Shown here in pieces: positions 7,360 through 15,420 of a stretch of 16,129 nucleotides of DNA. Below the pieces are notes generated by a model that was not told where the DNA came from, made no database searches, and saw only the letters and a program-made list of their open reading frames with translations. Numbering within the stretch: position 1 is the first letter of the stretch; every line of letters begins with the position of its first letter. Location of the stretch: UHGV virus genome UHGV-0120322; one strand, given 5' to 3'. The translations under genes were made by a program, and so were the position numbers. This DNA is from a virus.

Positions 7360-7869
7360 ATGTCTGGTTGGGATAACGGTATAGATGCAGTTTCTGCGAT
7401 TGCAGCTATCGCATCTGCGGTAGCAACTTATTTAGCATGGCGATCCTCAGAAGCTAGCAGGGCCACATCCGAAAAAGCTTTGCAGTTGCAAGGAAAGCAG
7501 TATTTGTACGAGACATTAAAAGCTTGCGCTGAGAGAGCGAATTCATACTCAAAAGGAAAGAAAGGGGCTGACTGGAGCTTTCATGACGCAGCCAATATTG
7601 TTCGATGTTTGAACATGGCAATGGGGAGCATAATAAATTACTCAGATACCAACAATCAGGATGCAATGAAAGGTCTGAAGCAATTCTTTATTAGCCAATT
7701 AAACATGGAGCTTTTTGAAGAGCTCAACTATGAGGTTGGGCCTGATGCCTTCTTTCACGGAGAGGAGCTAACCAGCATGACGAGCGATATTTACTCGCAG
7801 TGGTTAAACATTATTTCATTCTTTAACCTCATGATTGTCACAGATGATGACCTCGCCGATGAAACATAG
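7360..7869 (+). CDS. Hypothetical AT-rich moron protein (169 aa) with an N-terminal hydrophobic helix (IDAVSAIAAIASAVATYLAW)
   Basis: Long ORF with visibly lower GC than the flanking nin genes, its own upstream hairpin and TATAAT; no family recognised. Confidence 0.65.
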   Translation: MSGWDNGIDAVSAIAAIASAVATYLAWRSSEASRATSEKALQLQGKQYLYETLKACAERANSYSKGKKGADWSFHDAANIVRCLNMAMGSIINYSDTNNQDAMKGLKQFFISQLNMELFEELNYEVGPDAFFHGEELTSMTSDIYSQWLNIISFFNLMIVTDDDLADET

Positions 7870-8056
7870 CTTGATTGATTTTCCATAATCAACCCGCCAT
7901 AATCATGTCATCGGAGCCTGAACAACTCCGGTGACTTCTGCGCTAAACGGGGACGTTTATGCGCACATACAATCCAAACTCTCTTCTCCCTTCACAGATG
8001 CAGAAATGCACCTGCAATTCTTTGCATCTAGCGTTTGACCTCTGCGGAGGTGAAGC

Positions 8057-8512
8057 GTGAACCTCCCACAAGACGGTATCAAATTGCATCGCGGTAACTT
8101 CACCGCTATCGGTCAGCAGATCCAGCCTTATCTGGAGGACGGAAAATGCTTTCGCATGGTGCTTAAACCGTGGCGCGAGAGACGCAGTCTTTCCCAGAAT
8201 GCACTCAGCCACATGTGGTACAGCGAAATCAGCGAATACCTCATCAGCAGGGGGAAAACGTTCGCTACTGCAGTATGGGTAAAAGATGCACTCAAACACA
8301 CTTATCTCGGTTATGAAACCAAAGAACTGGTTGATGTCGTAACCGGTGAAATCACCACCATTCAGTCATTACGTCATACCTCCGATCTCGATACCGGAGA
8401 GATGTATGTCTTCCTGTGTAAGGTTGAAGCCTGGGCGATGAATATTGGCTGCCACCTGACTATTCCGCAGAGCTGCGAGTTCCAGCTGCTGCGCGACAAG
8501 CAGGAGGCGTAA
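8057..8512 (+). CDS. ybcN: YbcN-like protein (151 aa; DLP12 DNA base-flipping protein family), GTG start
   Basis: Translation [19 protein letters not shown]... recognised as YbcN of DLP12; GGAGG SD upstream of GTG. Confidence 0.85.
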
Positions 8513-8682
8513 TGACTACACCGCTTATTCGTGTCATGAACGGACACATCTACAGAGTACCAAATCGTCGTAAGCGTAAGCCTGAGCTGAAGCCATCCGA
8601 AATACCAACACTGCTAGGGTATACCGCCAGCCTGGTTGATAAAAAATGGTTGCGACTGGCAGCAAGGAGGAATCATGGCTGA
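8512..8682 (+). CDS. ninE: NinE family protein (56 aa)
   Basis: Translation [56 protein letters not shown], basic NinE-type protein; TAATG overlap with ybcN; not in ORF track because under 60 aa. Confidence 0.8.
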   Translation: MTTPLIRVMNGHIYRVPNRRKRKPELKPSEIPTLLGYTASLVDKKWLRLAARRNHG

Positions 8683-8965
8683 TTTGAGAAAAGCAGCGCG
8701 TGGTCGGGAATGCCAGGTAAGAATCCCTGGCATATGTAATGGCAACCCTGAAACGTCTGTACTGGCACATATCCGGCTGGCTGGATTGTGCGGCACCGGT
8801 ACCAAACCGCCAGACCTGATTGCCACCATTGCATGTTCTGCCTGTCACGATGAGATCGACCGTCGCACGCATTTTGTTGACGCTGGATATGCAAAAGAAT
8901 GCGCGCTGGAAGGTATGGCGAGAACACAGGTTATGTGGCTGAAAGAGGGGGTTATTAAGGCGTGA
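8675..8965 (+). CDS. ybcO: YbcO-like protein (96 aa; DUF1364, Cys-rich putative nuclease)
   Basis: Start at [37 protein letters not shown]... with AAGGAGG SD; recognised as YbcO of DLP12. Confidence 0.85.
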   Translation: MADLRKAARGRECQVRIPGICNGNPETSVLAHIRLAGLCGTGTKPPDLIATIACSACHDEIDRRTHFVDAGYAKECALEGMARTQVMWLKEGVIKA

Positions 8966-9324
8966 ATACCTACAGCATCACATTACCCTGGCCTCCGAGC
9001 AATAATCGCTATTACCGCCATAATCGCGGGCGCACGCACGTCAGCGCAGAGGGACAGGCATACCGCGATAACGTCGCTCAAATCATTAAAAACGCAATGC
9101 TGGATATCGGCCTGGCTATGCCAGTGAAAATCCGCATTGAGTGTCACATGCCGGATCGCCGTCGCCGTGACCTGGATAATCTGCAAAAAGCCGCTTTTGA
9201 CGCACTCACCAAAGCAGGTTTCTGGCTGGATGATGCTCAGGTCGTTGATTATCGCGTTGTGAAGATGCCCGTTACCAAAGGTGGGAAGCTGGAGCTGACC
9301 ATCACTGAACTGGGAGATGAATGA
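8962..9324 (+). CDS. rusA: RusA Holliday-junction resolvase (120 aa)
   Basis: Translation [37 protein letters not shown]... recognised as RusA; GTG start overlapping ybcO stop. Confidence 0.95.
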   Translation: MNTYSITLPWPPSNNRYYRHNRGRTHVSAEGQAYRDNVAQIIKNAMLDIGLAMPVKIRIECHMPDRRRRDLDNLQKAAFDALTKAGFWLDDAQVVDYRVVKMPVTKGGKLELTITELGDE

Positions 9325-9461
9325 TGTTTGAGTCTTATATGGCAGAACTTCTTCGCCACCGTTGGATGCGCCTGCGCTTATATCGTTTCCCCGGTTCTGT
9401 TTTGACCGATTACCGGATACTGAAAAATTACGCCAAAACGCTGACAGTAACAGGCGTATGA
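9321..9461 (+). CDS. ylcG: YlcG-like small protein (46 aa)
   Basis: [46 protein letters not shown]; ATGA overlap with rusA stop; recognised as DLP12 ylcG. Confidence 0.7.
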   Translation: MMFESYMAELLRHRWMRLRLYRFPGSVLTDYRILKNYAKTLTVTGV

Positions 9462-9546
9462 AGTCAGAGATAACGACCGGTTGATACCGTTTTATTGATT
9501 TTTGCTGGCAATTGTCATGCTGGTCTGATTTTTGTGGAGAAAGTTG

Positions 9547-9930
9547 ATGCGTGATATTCAGATGGTTCTTGAGCGTTGGGGGGCATGGGCGGCTAATAAC
9601 CATGAGGATGTGACCTGGTCGTCCATTGCTGCCGGTTTTAAGGGATTGCTTCCTTCAAAAGTAAAATCCCGTCCGCAATGCTGTGATGATGACGCGATGA
9701 TCGTTTGCGGGTGCATGGCCCGTCTGAAAAAGAACAACAGCGATTTGCACGATTTATTAGTGGATTATTATGTCGGCGGTATGACATTCATGTCACTGGC
9801 AAGTAAGCATCGTTGCTCTGATGGTTATATCGGGAAAAAGTTACAGAAGGCTGAGGGAATAATTGAAGGGATGTTAATGGCATTAGATATCCGGTTAGAG
9901 ATGGATATCGTTGTTAATAACTCTAATTAA
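9547..9930 (+). CDS. quuD: Late-gene antiterminator Q (phage 21/82-type, QuuD-like, 127 aa)
   Basis: Start at [24 protein letters not shown]... with GGAGAAAG SD; Cys-rich centre ([12 protein letters not shown]) typical of Q-family zinc-binding antiterminators. Confidence 0.85.
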   Translation: MRDIQMVLERWGAWAANNHEDVTWSSIAAGFKGLLPSKVKSRPQCCDDDAMIVCGCMARLKKNNSDLHDLLVDYYVGGMTFMSLASKHRCSDGYIGKKLQKAEGIIEGMLMALDIRLEMDIVVNNSN

Positions 9931-9956
9931 TACGCCAATTATTTACTAAAAGTTAT

Positions 9957-9981
9957 TAAAAATGGGGCGTTGAAACGCCCC
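9957..9981 (-). terminator. Hairpin GGGGCG-TTGAAA-CGCCCC with U-tract on the minus strand; likely terminator for leftward (nmpC-direction) transcription, protecting Q from antisense read-through
   Basis: Perfect 6-bp GC stem; A-tract on plus strand 5' side equals T-run downstream on minus strand. Confidence 0.45.
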
Positions 9982-10108
9982 CAAAAATAAAGGGTAATAT
10001 ATAACAGAAGGTTTGTATAGTTAGAAGCAAGGTTGTGCTTCTAAAGGAAGTGGCTTGAGGGAGCCACTTATATGTTGGGGAGGCAAAGCCTCCCACAACA
10101 TATCTTTT
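9964..10108 (+). promoter_or_regulatory. Late regulatory region downstream of Q: candidate pR'-type promoter (TTGAAA at 9970, TAATAT at 9995, 19-bp spacer) and three hairpins (10024-10041, 10050-10067, 10070-10103 plus CTTTT), the last a candidate tR'-like terminator
   Basis: Position immediately 3' of Q as in lambdoid phages; stem-loops read directly from sequence; promoter hexamers are weak and spacing is suboptimal. Confidence 0.35.
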
Positions 10109-10118
10109 AGTAATCAAA

Positions 10119-11201
10119 TTAGAACTGGTAAACCATACCTACAGCAACGATATCATCGGTAGCAACGCCAGATGCTTTCGTGAAATCGCTCTTATCAATC
10201 AGGTTGATTTTGTAGTCAACAAAAGTGGACATATTTTTGTTGAAGTAATAGGTTGCACCTACATCAACATATTCAACCAGGTCCTGATCACCCCAAACAC
10301 CCAAGTCTTTTCCTTTAGAATGCAGGTAAGCAACGGATGGACGCAGGCCGAAGTCGAACTGATATTGTGCAACAGCTTCGAAGTTTTGTGCTTTGTTGGC
10401 AATATGGTTATTACCAAAAACAGTCATGTTCTGGGTTTCAGAATAGGTGGTGGCCAGATAGATGTTGTTCGCATCATATTTCAGACCAGCTGCCCATACT
10501 TCAGCATTTTGACCAGAAGCATTCAGACCGTTGTTACCGTAGATAACCTGATTATTAGTGCGATCAGATTTAGCATAGGTTGCACCCACGCCGAATCCTT
10601 CATACTCATAAGTAGTTGAGAAACCGAAACCATCGCCATTAGCTTCAGTTACTTCTTTTCGGTCATTTTTGCCCTGATACTGAGCTGCAAAGTTCAGGCC
10701 ATCAACCAGACCAAAGAAGTCGTTGTTACGATAAGTTGCAACACCTGTGGTGCGACCAGTCATGAATACATCTGTTTGGGTCCAGGTATCGCCACCGAAT
10801 TCTGGCAGAACGTCGGTCCATGCACCAATATCGTATGCTACACCGTAGTTACGGCCATAATCGATGGAGCCGTAGTCACCGAATTTCAGGCCAGCGAAGG
10901 CAAGACGGGTTTTATCTTTGGAGGAACCTTGAGATTCAGCGCGGTTGCCTTTGAATTCATATTCCCACTGACCGAAACCAGTCAGTTGATCGTTGATTTG
11001 GGTTTCACCTTTGAAGCCAAGACGGGCATAAGTAGTATCACCATCATCTGCATCATTAGAGGAGAAGTAGTGCTTAGCATTAACTTTCCCGTACAGATCC
11101 AGCTTGTTACTGTCTTTATTATAAATTTCAGCTGCCTGAGCAGACATCGCCATCAGTACTGATGCAGCTACAGCAGAAATTGCCACTGTTAATTTTTTCA
11201 T
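10119..11201 (-). CDS. nmpC: Outer-membrane porin, OmpC/NmpC (Lc) family, intact (360 aa with signal peptide [23 protein letters not shown])
   Basis: Classic general-porin sequence ending in the C-terminal aromatic residue (...VGMVYQF); encoded antisense between Q and the lysis genes as in DLP12/PA-2. Confidence 0.95.
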   Translation of the reverse strand: MKKLTVAISAVAASVLMAMSAQAAEIYNKDSNKLDLYGKVNAKHYFSSNDADDGDTTYARLGFKGETQINDQLTGFGQWEYEFKGNRAESQGSSKDKTRLAFAGLKFGDYGSIDYGRNYGVAYDIGAWTDVLPEFGGDTWTQTDVFMTGRTTGVATYRNNDFFGLVDGLNFAAQYQGKNDRKEVTEANGDGFGFSTTYEYEGFGVGATYAKSDRTNNQVIYGNNGLNASGQNAEVWAAGLKYDANNIYLATTYSETQNMTVFGNNHIANKAQNFEAVAQYQFDFGLRPSVAYLHSKGKDLGVWGDQDLVEYVDVGATYYFNKNMSTFVDYKINLIDKSDFTKASGVATDDIVAVGMVYQF

Positions 11202-11790
11202 CGTGAGCCCTTTTTTTTGAACTATTATTAAAAAATGATGTCACTGCGCGATAAATATTCATCTAATCAATGTGATTATTTCAAGATGTAAGTTTTGGTT
11301 TCTCGTTTAATTTGTGAAGTAGATCTCTATTTTTATCTGAACTTTTTTCTATCGAATCCTATTCATGGCTCTTGGCTGAATAAAAATAAATCTATTAGCC
11401 AATTTATATTAATGGCTGTTATTTATGGGGGGTCTATAATTCGATGGTTTAATTTAAATTAACTAAAAATAACGCCGGAAATTATTTATTGGTTATTTGT
11501 TGAGGTTTTCTTATGTATTTGTGGTGGTGTTTTGAACACTCGGTAGCATTCTCATAAATATCATTCAGTGGTTTACGTACGTAAAAAATTGGTTATGCTG
11601 TTAAGAGTGGTTACTTCGTCACACAGCTTAAACCCGCCGTCGAGCTGGTTTTTCCATTTTTTGAGTCTCGATATTAGCTGATAACTCAATACCTGAGTTA
11701 TTCACTGACTCCGAGTCTGTTACGTTTCTGCTTTTTTGCGATACGTTGTATTCCCTCAATTTACACCCGCTTTGTCTGCGAGGTGGGGTT

Positions 11791-12006
11791 ATGAAATCCA
11801 TGGATAAGTTAACAACGGGTGTCGCCTATGGCACCTCAGCAGGTAGTGCCGGTTACTGGTTTTTACAGCTGCTCGATAAAGTCACGCCCTCACAGTGGGC
11901 AGCAATAGGTGTGCTGGGTAGCCTGGTATTTGGCCTGCTGACGTACCTGACAAACCTTTATTTCAAGATTAAAGAAGATAAGCGCAAGGCTGCGAGAGGT
12001 GAATAA
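11791..12006 (+). CDS. essD: Class II holin (phage 21 S-type pinholin, 71 aa) with dual-start motif MKSM
   Basis: [71 protein letters not shown], two TM segments; GAGGTGG SD; the upstream in-frame ATG at 11746 lacks an SD. Confidence 0.9.
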
Positions 12007-12503
12007 TGCCTCCATCATTACGAAAAGCAGTTGCTGCTGCTATTGGTGGCGGAGCAATTGCTATAGCATCAGTGTTAATCACTGGCCCAAGTGGTGACGA
12101 TGGCCTGGAAGGTGTCAGCTACATACCATACAAAGATATCGTTGGCGTATGGACTGTATGTCACGGACACACCGGAAAAGACATCATGCTCGGTAAAACG
12201 TATACCGAAGCAGAATGCAAAGCCCTCCTGAATAAAGACCTTGCCACGGTTGCCAGACAAATTAACCCGTACATCAAAGTCGATATACCGGAAACAACGC
12301 GCGGCGCTCTTTACTCGTTCGTCTACAACGTGGGTGCTGGCAATTTCAGAACATCGACGCTTCTTCGCAAAATAAACCAGGGTGATATTAAAGGCGCATG
12401 TGATCAGCTACGGCGCTGGACATACGCTGGCGGTAATCAATGGAAAGGACTGATGACTCGCCGTGAGATTGAGCGTGAAGTCTGTTTGTGGGGGAAACAA
12501 TGA
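12006..12503 (+). CDS. rrrD: SAR endolysin (phage 21 R-type lysozyme, 165 aa)
   Basis: N-terminal Gly/Ala-rich signal-anchor-release segment ([20 protein letters not shown]) followed by a lysozyme domain; immediately after the holin. Confidence 0.95.
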   Translation: MPPSLRKAVAAAIGGGAIAIASVLITGPSGDDGLEGVSYIPYKDIVGVWTVCHGHTGKDIMLGKTYTEAECKALLNKDLATVARQINPYIKVDIPETTRGALYSFVYNVGAGNFRTSTLLRKINQGDIKGACDQLRRWTYAGGNQWKGLMTRREIEREVCLWGKQ

Positions 12504-12958
12504 GCAGAGTAACCGCGATTATCTCCGCTCTGGTTATCTGCATCATCGTCTGCCTGTCATTGGCTGTTAATCATTACCGTGATAACGCAATCGCCTACAA
12601 AGAGCAGCGCGATAACAAGGCCAGTGAACTGGAGAAGGCGAACGCCACCATCGCTGACATGCGGAAGCGTCAACGTGATGTAGCAGAACTCGACGCAAGA
12701 TACACAAAGGAGCTTGCTGATGCTAACGCGACTATCGAAAGTCTCCGTGCTGATGTTTCTGCTGGGCGTAAGCGCCTGCAAGTCGCCGCCACCTGTGCAA
12801 AGTCAACGACCGGAGCCAGCGGCATGGGCGATGGAGAAAGCCCAGGACTTACAGCAGATGCTGAACTCAATTATTACCGTCTCCGAAGTGGAATCGACAA
12901 GATAACCGCGCAGGTTAACTACCTGCAGGAATACATCAGGACGCAATGCCTGAAATAA
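12500..12958 (+). CDS. rzpD: Rz i-spanin (inner-membrane spanin subunit)
   Basis: ATGA overlap with endolysin stop; N-terminal TM helix ([20 protein letters not shown]) then coiled-coil-like periplasmic domain. Confidence 0.85.
   Translation: MSRVTAIISALVICIIVCLSLAVNHYRDNAIAYKEQRDNKASELEKANATIADMRKRQRDVAELDARYTKELADANATIESLRADVSAGRKRLQVAATCAKSTTGASGMGDGESPGLTADAELNYYRLRSGIDKITAQVNYLQEYIRTQCLK
12714..12905 (+). CDS. rzoD: Rz1 o-spanin lipoprotein embedded in the +1 frame of Rz (63 aa precursor; lipobox VSAC; proline-rich mature part)
   Basis: AAGGAG SD 7 nt upstream of ATG inside Rz; signal peptide plus lipobox Cys, then [12 protein letters not shown]. Confidence 0.8.
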   Translation: MLMLTRLSKVSVLMFLLGVSACKSPPPVQSQRPEPAAWAMEKAQDLQQMLNSIITVSEVESTR

Positions 12959-12989
12959 TTTTTTTGCAAATCACAAAGTCCATTTAATG

Positions 12990-13014
12990 AGCCTCGCGAT
13001 GCGGGGCTTTTTTT
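12990..13014 (+). terminator. Intrinsic terminator after the lysis cassette (AGCCTCGC-GAT-GCGGGGCT followed by T7)
   Basis: 8-bp stem with one G-U pair, 3-nt loop, immediately followed by TTTTTTT, 32 nt after the Rz stop. Confidence 0.65.
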
Positions 13015-13163
13015 ACATCTGAATTTCACAGCGCATCTCACGCGCATATTACATCACCCGAGCCTTTCAGAAAGTTGAGCCTGAGAACTGCCGTATATGG
13101 TGGCGACCATCTCGGGGCGGCTTTTCTGTGAGACAGGCTCACTTTCTAAAAGGTAAAGACGCT

Positions 13164-13652
13164 ATGAACCAATTAGAAGAAAAGCTTCAAAGAATGATTT
13201 CCTTATACAAGGAAGATAACTGCCAAAAAGTTCCTGAAAACATCGCAGAGTTAATGGAATTGGCAAGTGAATTTTCTGGCATGCTTAAGTCGTCAGGTGT
13301 TCGGTCAGCGTTCTTTGTTGAAATGCTGATGCACGGCGGACTTATGGCAACAATGAGACGTGTAATGGAAGACCAGAGAAAAGAACCTCCTCAGGTATAC
13401 GTTTTGTCATCGAAGAAAACTGGGCTAACCAAAATTGGGTATTCATCCAACATTCCACAACGCATCAAATCGCTTGGCAACTCTGGACCAGACTGCTTGA
13501 AGCTTGAGTGCCTGATCCCTGGTGGAAGAGAAACTGAAAACATGCTTCATCGCAAATTTGCCGCAAAGAGAAAGCACGGTGAATGGTTCGCCCTGTCCAA
13601 GGATGACATTGAGGGATTGAAATCTGTAGCGATTACTTCTGATGGCTATTAA
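13164..13652 (+). CDS. GIY-YIG superfamily / T5orf172-domain protein (162 aa): helical N-terminal region plus C-terminal T5orf172-like nuclease-fold domain
   Basis: C-terminal motifs VYVLSSKKTGLTKIGYSSN ... R ... E ... GEWF match the T5orf172 (GIY-YIG-like) pattern; AAGG SD; sits where lambda carries bor; lower GC than the lysis genes. Confidence 0.7.
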   Translation: MNQLEEKLQRMISLYKEDNCQKVPENIAELMELASEFSGMLKSSGVRSAFFVEMLMHGGLMATMRRVMEDQRKEPPQVYVLSSKKTGLTKIGYSSNIPQRIKSLGNSGPDCLKLECLIPGGRETENMLHRKFAAKRKHGEWFALSKDDIEGLKSVAITSDGY

Positions 13653-14120
13653 TGCTTGTTTAGAGCAATTTTCATAACAACTCTTCATTACAAAGCCCAT
13701 CTACTGGTGGGCTTGATAATGAAACCGTGATTTACATCCCCACAATCCGGGTATGTAAAAGATAGTTCAGGCGAGAACGGATTTAACTAAATCTGTGCGC
13801 CACCAGTTAACGGCAGTACCACGAAACAACCCAAGCCAGTAAGTGGGGAAATAACACCGGCAGCCACTGAAAGATGAACCTCCTGCCTTATGGCAAAAAA
13901 GATTCTTTGTGGTGGCGGACTGATGGAAAGACATCCTAATTTCAGCCAAACATTGAAGGAGTTGTTATGTCAGCAGAAGGTTTCAATAACCCATCAAAAT
14001 TCCGGGATGAGTGGGATAGCAGCGTAAAGAGTAAGTGATGCCATCACAAAAGCCATTCCCTACAGAGTGGCTTTGATAATGGCTTATACCCTACACGGGA
14101 TAACTTAACTGATATCCCTT

Positions 14121-14285
14121 TTAAAGGATAAAGGTATTCAAGCCTGACACATCATGCGCTGTATCGTCGCCGTATTCCCGTATTAACAGAGACCGTAGCC
14201 CGACGGGGAACTCCTTCTGCGCGAGTGTGCGGGAATAATCAAAAACGATGCACACCGGGGTTACCGGGTACACATATTTCATCAT
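14121..14285 (-). CDS. Possible small ORF (54 aa, MMKYVYPVTPVCIVFDYSRTLAQKEFPVGLRSLLIREYGDDTAHDVSGLNTFIL); uncertain
   Basis: Protein-like composition in a GC-rich patch, but no clear SD; under 60 aa so absent from the ORF track. Confidence 0.2.
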   Translation of the reverse strand: MMKYVYPVTPVCIVFDYSRTLAQKEFPVGLRSLLIREYGDDTAHDVSGLNTFIL

Positions 14286-14330
14286 GCCAGCGAGTCCGGT
14301 TCTGGCACGGAAGAAACCGGACGTTATGAT

Positions 14331-14741
14331 TTAGTGCGGAAATATTTGTGTAGTGTTCTGAATGTTCTCAGTAAAGAGTAATGAATTATCAAAGGTATAG
14401 TAATACCTTTTGTTTTCGTGGATATTTGTAATCCATCTGAAAACCCCTGCTGTAGCAAGATTTTTCCTGTATTCGTAAAATGATAACTCTCCTGATTTGA
14501 ATCCTTTTAAGGTGGCTTCTATAAGGCATTTATTTTTTGAAAATCTTACATTTACAACCTTACTCTGTCCTTTTATTAAAACCGTATTATCGTTTTCAAG
14601 AACAAGATGAATATTCTCTGTGGCTAAATAGTAAATGTAATGTGAGACATTGTGACGTTTTAGTTCAGAATAAAACCAGTGATAGTTTAAATTATTTCGC
14701 ACTTTATCGAATATTTGTTTAAAAATGGCAACCTGAGCCAT
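14331..14741 (-). CDS. ybcV: YbcV-like protein (DUF1398 family, 136 aa), start taken at [11 protein letters not shown]
   Basis: Recognised as similar to DLP12 YbcV; GAAGG SD 7 nt upstream of the second ATG (14741); very low GC. Confidence 0.8.
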   Translation of the reverse strand: MAQVAIFKQIFDKVRNNLNYHWFYSELKRHNVSHYIYYLATENIHLVLENDNTVLIKGQSKVVNVRFSKNKCLIEATLKGFKSGELSFYEYRKNLATAGVFRWITNIHENKRYYYTFDNSLLFTENIQNTTQIFPH

Positions 14742-14798
14742 TGTAGTACCTTCCATGTGATATGAAGGTACCTAGTCTGCACGATTATCTAAATTGCT

Positions 14799-15032
14799 TC
14801 AATCTGGTCTGACCTGCTTTCTGAGCAATTCAGTAATGTCACTCTTTTCTTTGTTTGCTTCAGGCGAAACTCTTTTTTCTGAGCACAGTCTTCGGCGGCA
14901 GGCTTCAATGACCCAGGCTGAGAAATTCCCGGACCCTTTTTGATCAAGAGCGATGTTAATTTGTTCAATCATTTGGTTAGGAAAGCGGATGTTGCGGGTT
15001 GTTGTTCTGCGGGTTCTGTTCTTCGTTGACAT
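14799..15032 (-). CDS. ylcI: Ribbon-helix-helix (Arc/MetJ/CopG-like) small DNA-binding protein, DUF3950/YlcI-like (77 aa)
   Basis: Basic N-terminus then RNIRFPNQMIEQINIALDQKG-SGNFSAWVIEACRRRL, a beta-strand/helix/G-turn/helix RHH pattern; the conserved NIRF motif is recalled for YlcI-type proteins (tentative). Confidence 0.6.
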   Translation of the reverse strand: MSTKNRTRRTTTRNIRFPNQMIEQINIALDQKGSGNFSAWVIEACRRRLCSEKRVSPEANKEKSDITELLRKQVRPD

Positions 15033-15189
15033 GAGGTTGCCCTGTATTCAGTGTCACTGATTTGTATTGTCTGAAGTTGTTTTTACGTTAAGTTGATGCA
15101 GATCAATTAATACGATACCTGCGTCATAATTGATTATTTGACGTGGTTTGATGGCGTAGATGCACGTTGTGACATGTAGATGATAATCA

Positions 15190-15420
15190 TTATCATTTTG
15201 CGGGTCCTTTCCGGCGATCCGACAGGTTACGGGGCGGCGACCTCGCGGGTTTTCGCTATTTATGAAAATTTTCCGGTTTAAGGTGTTTCCGTTCTTCTTC
15301 GTCGTAACTTAATGTTTTTATTTAAAATACCCCCTGAAAAGAAAGGAAACGACAGGTGCTGAAAACGGGCTTTTTGGCCTCTGTCGTTTCCTTTCTCTGT
15401 TTTTGTCCGTGGAATGAACA
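15190..15420. other. Lambda-type cos site: cosQ-side right-end sequence, cosN 12-nt cohesive end GGGCGGCGACCT at 15232-15243, cosB region up to the Nu1 start
   Basis: ...CCGACAGGTTACG|GGGCGGCGACCTCGCGGGTTTTCGCTATTTATGAAAATTTTCCGGTTTAAGG... recognised as the joined right and left ends of phage lambda with a few substitutions. Confidence 0.85.

Noticed and set aside
7943-8299. 118-aa minus-strand ORF overlapping the ybcN start
   Set aside because: Antisense to ybcN; no RBS; the region is better explained by the ybcN 5' end and its upstream intergenic sequence
8534-9603. Minus-strand ORFs (112, 71, 84 and 206 aa) opposite ninE/ybcO/rusA/ylcG
   Set aside because: Antisense to a continuous chain of recognised plus-strand genes; the 206-aa frame is the usual long shadow ORF of a GC-rich operon
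10320-11162. Plus-strand ORFs (99, 69, 128 aa) inside the porin gene
   Set aside because: Antisense to the porin gene
12075-12870. Minus-strand ORFs (61, 74, 66 aa) opposite the endolysin and Rz
   Set aside because: Antisense to the lysis genes. The plus-strand embedded ORF at 12714..12905 is retained as Rz1 because it has an SD, signal peptide and lipobox
13090-13130. cosN-like motif (TGGTGGCGACCATCTCGGGGCGGC) upstream of the T5orf172 gene
   Set aside because: Only partial resemblance to GGGCGGCGACCT and lacks the flanking cosQ/cosB context; the genuine cos is at 15232-15243
13700-13710. Possible Chi site near 13703 (ACTGGTGG)
   Set aside because: Differs from the canonical GCTGGTGG octamer at the first base; no exact Chi was found on visual scanning, which is not exhaustive
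13443-13949. Minus-strand ORFs of 85 and 60 aa at and after the T5orf172 gene
   Set aside because: The first is antisense to the T5orf172 gene; the second has no RBS and a Cys/Trp-rich odd composition
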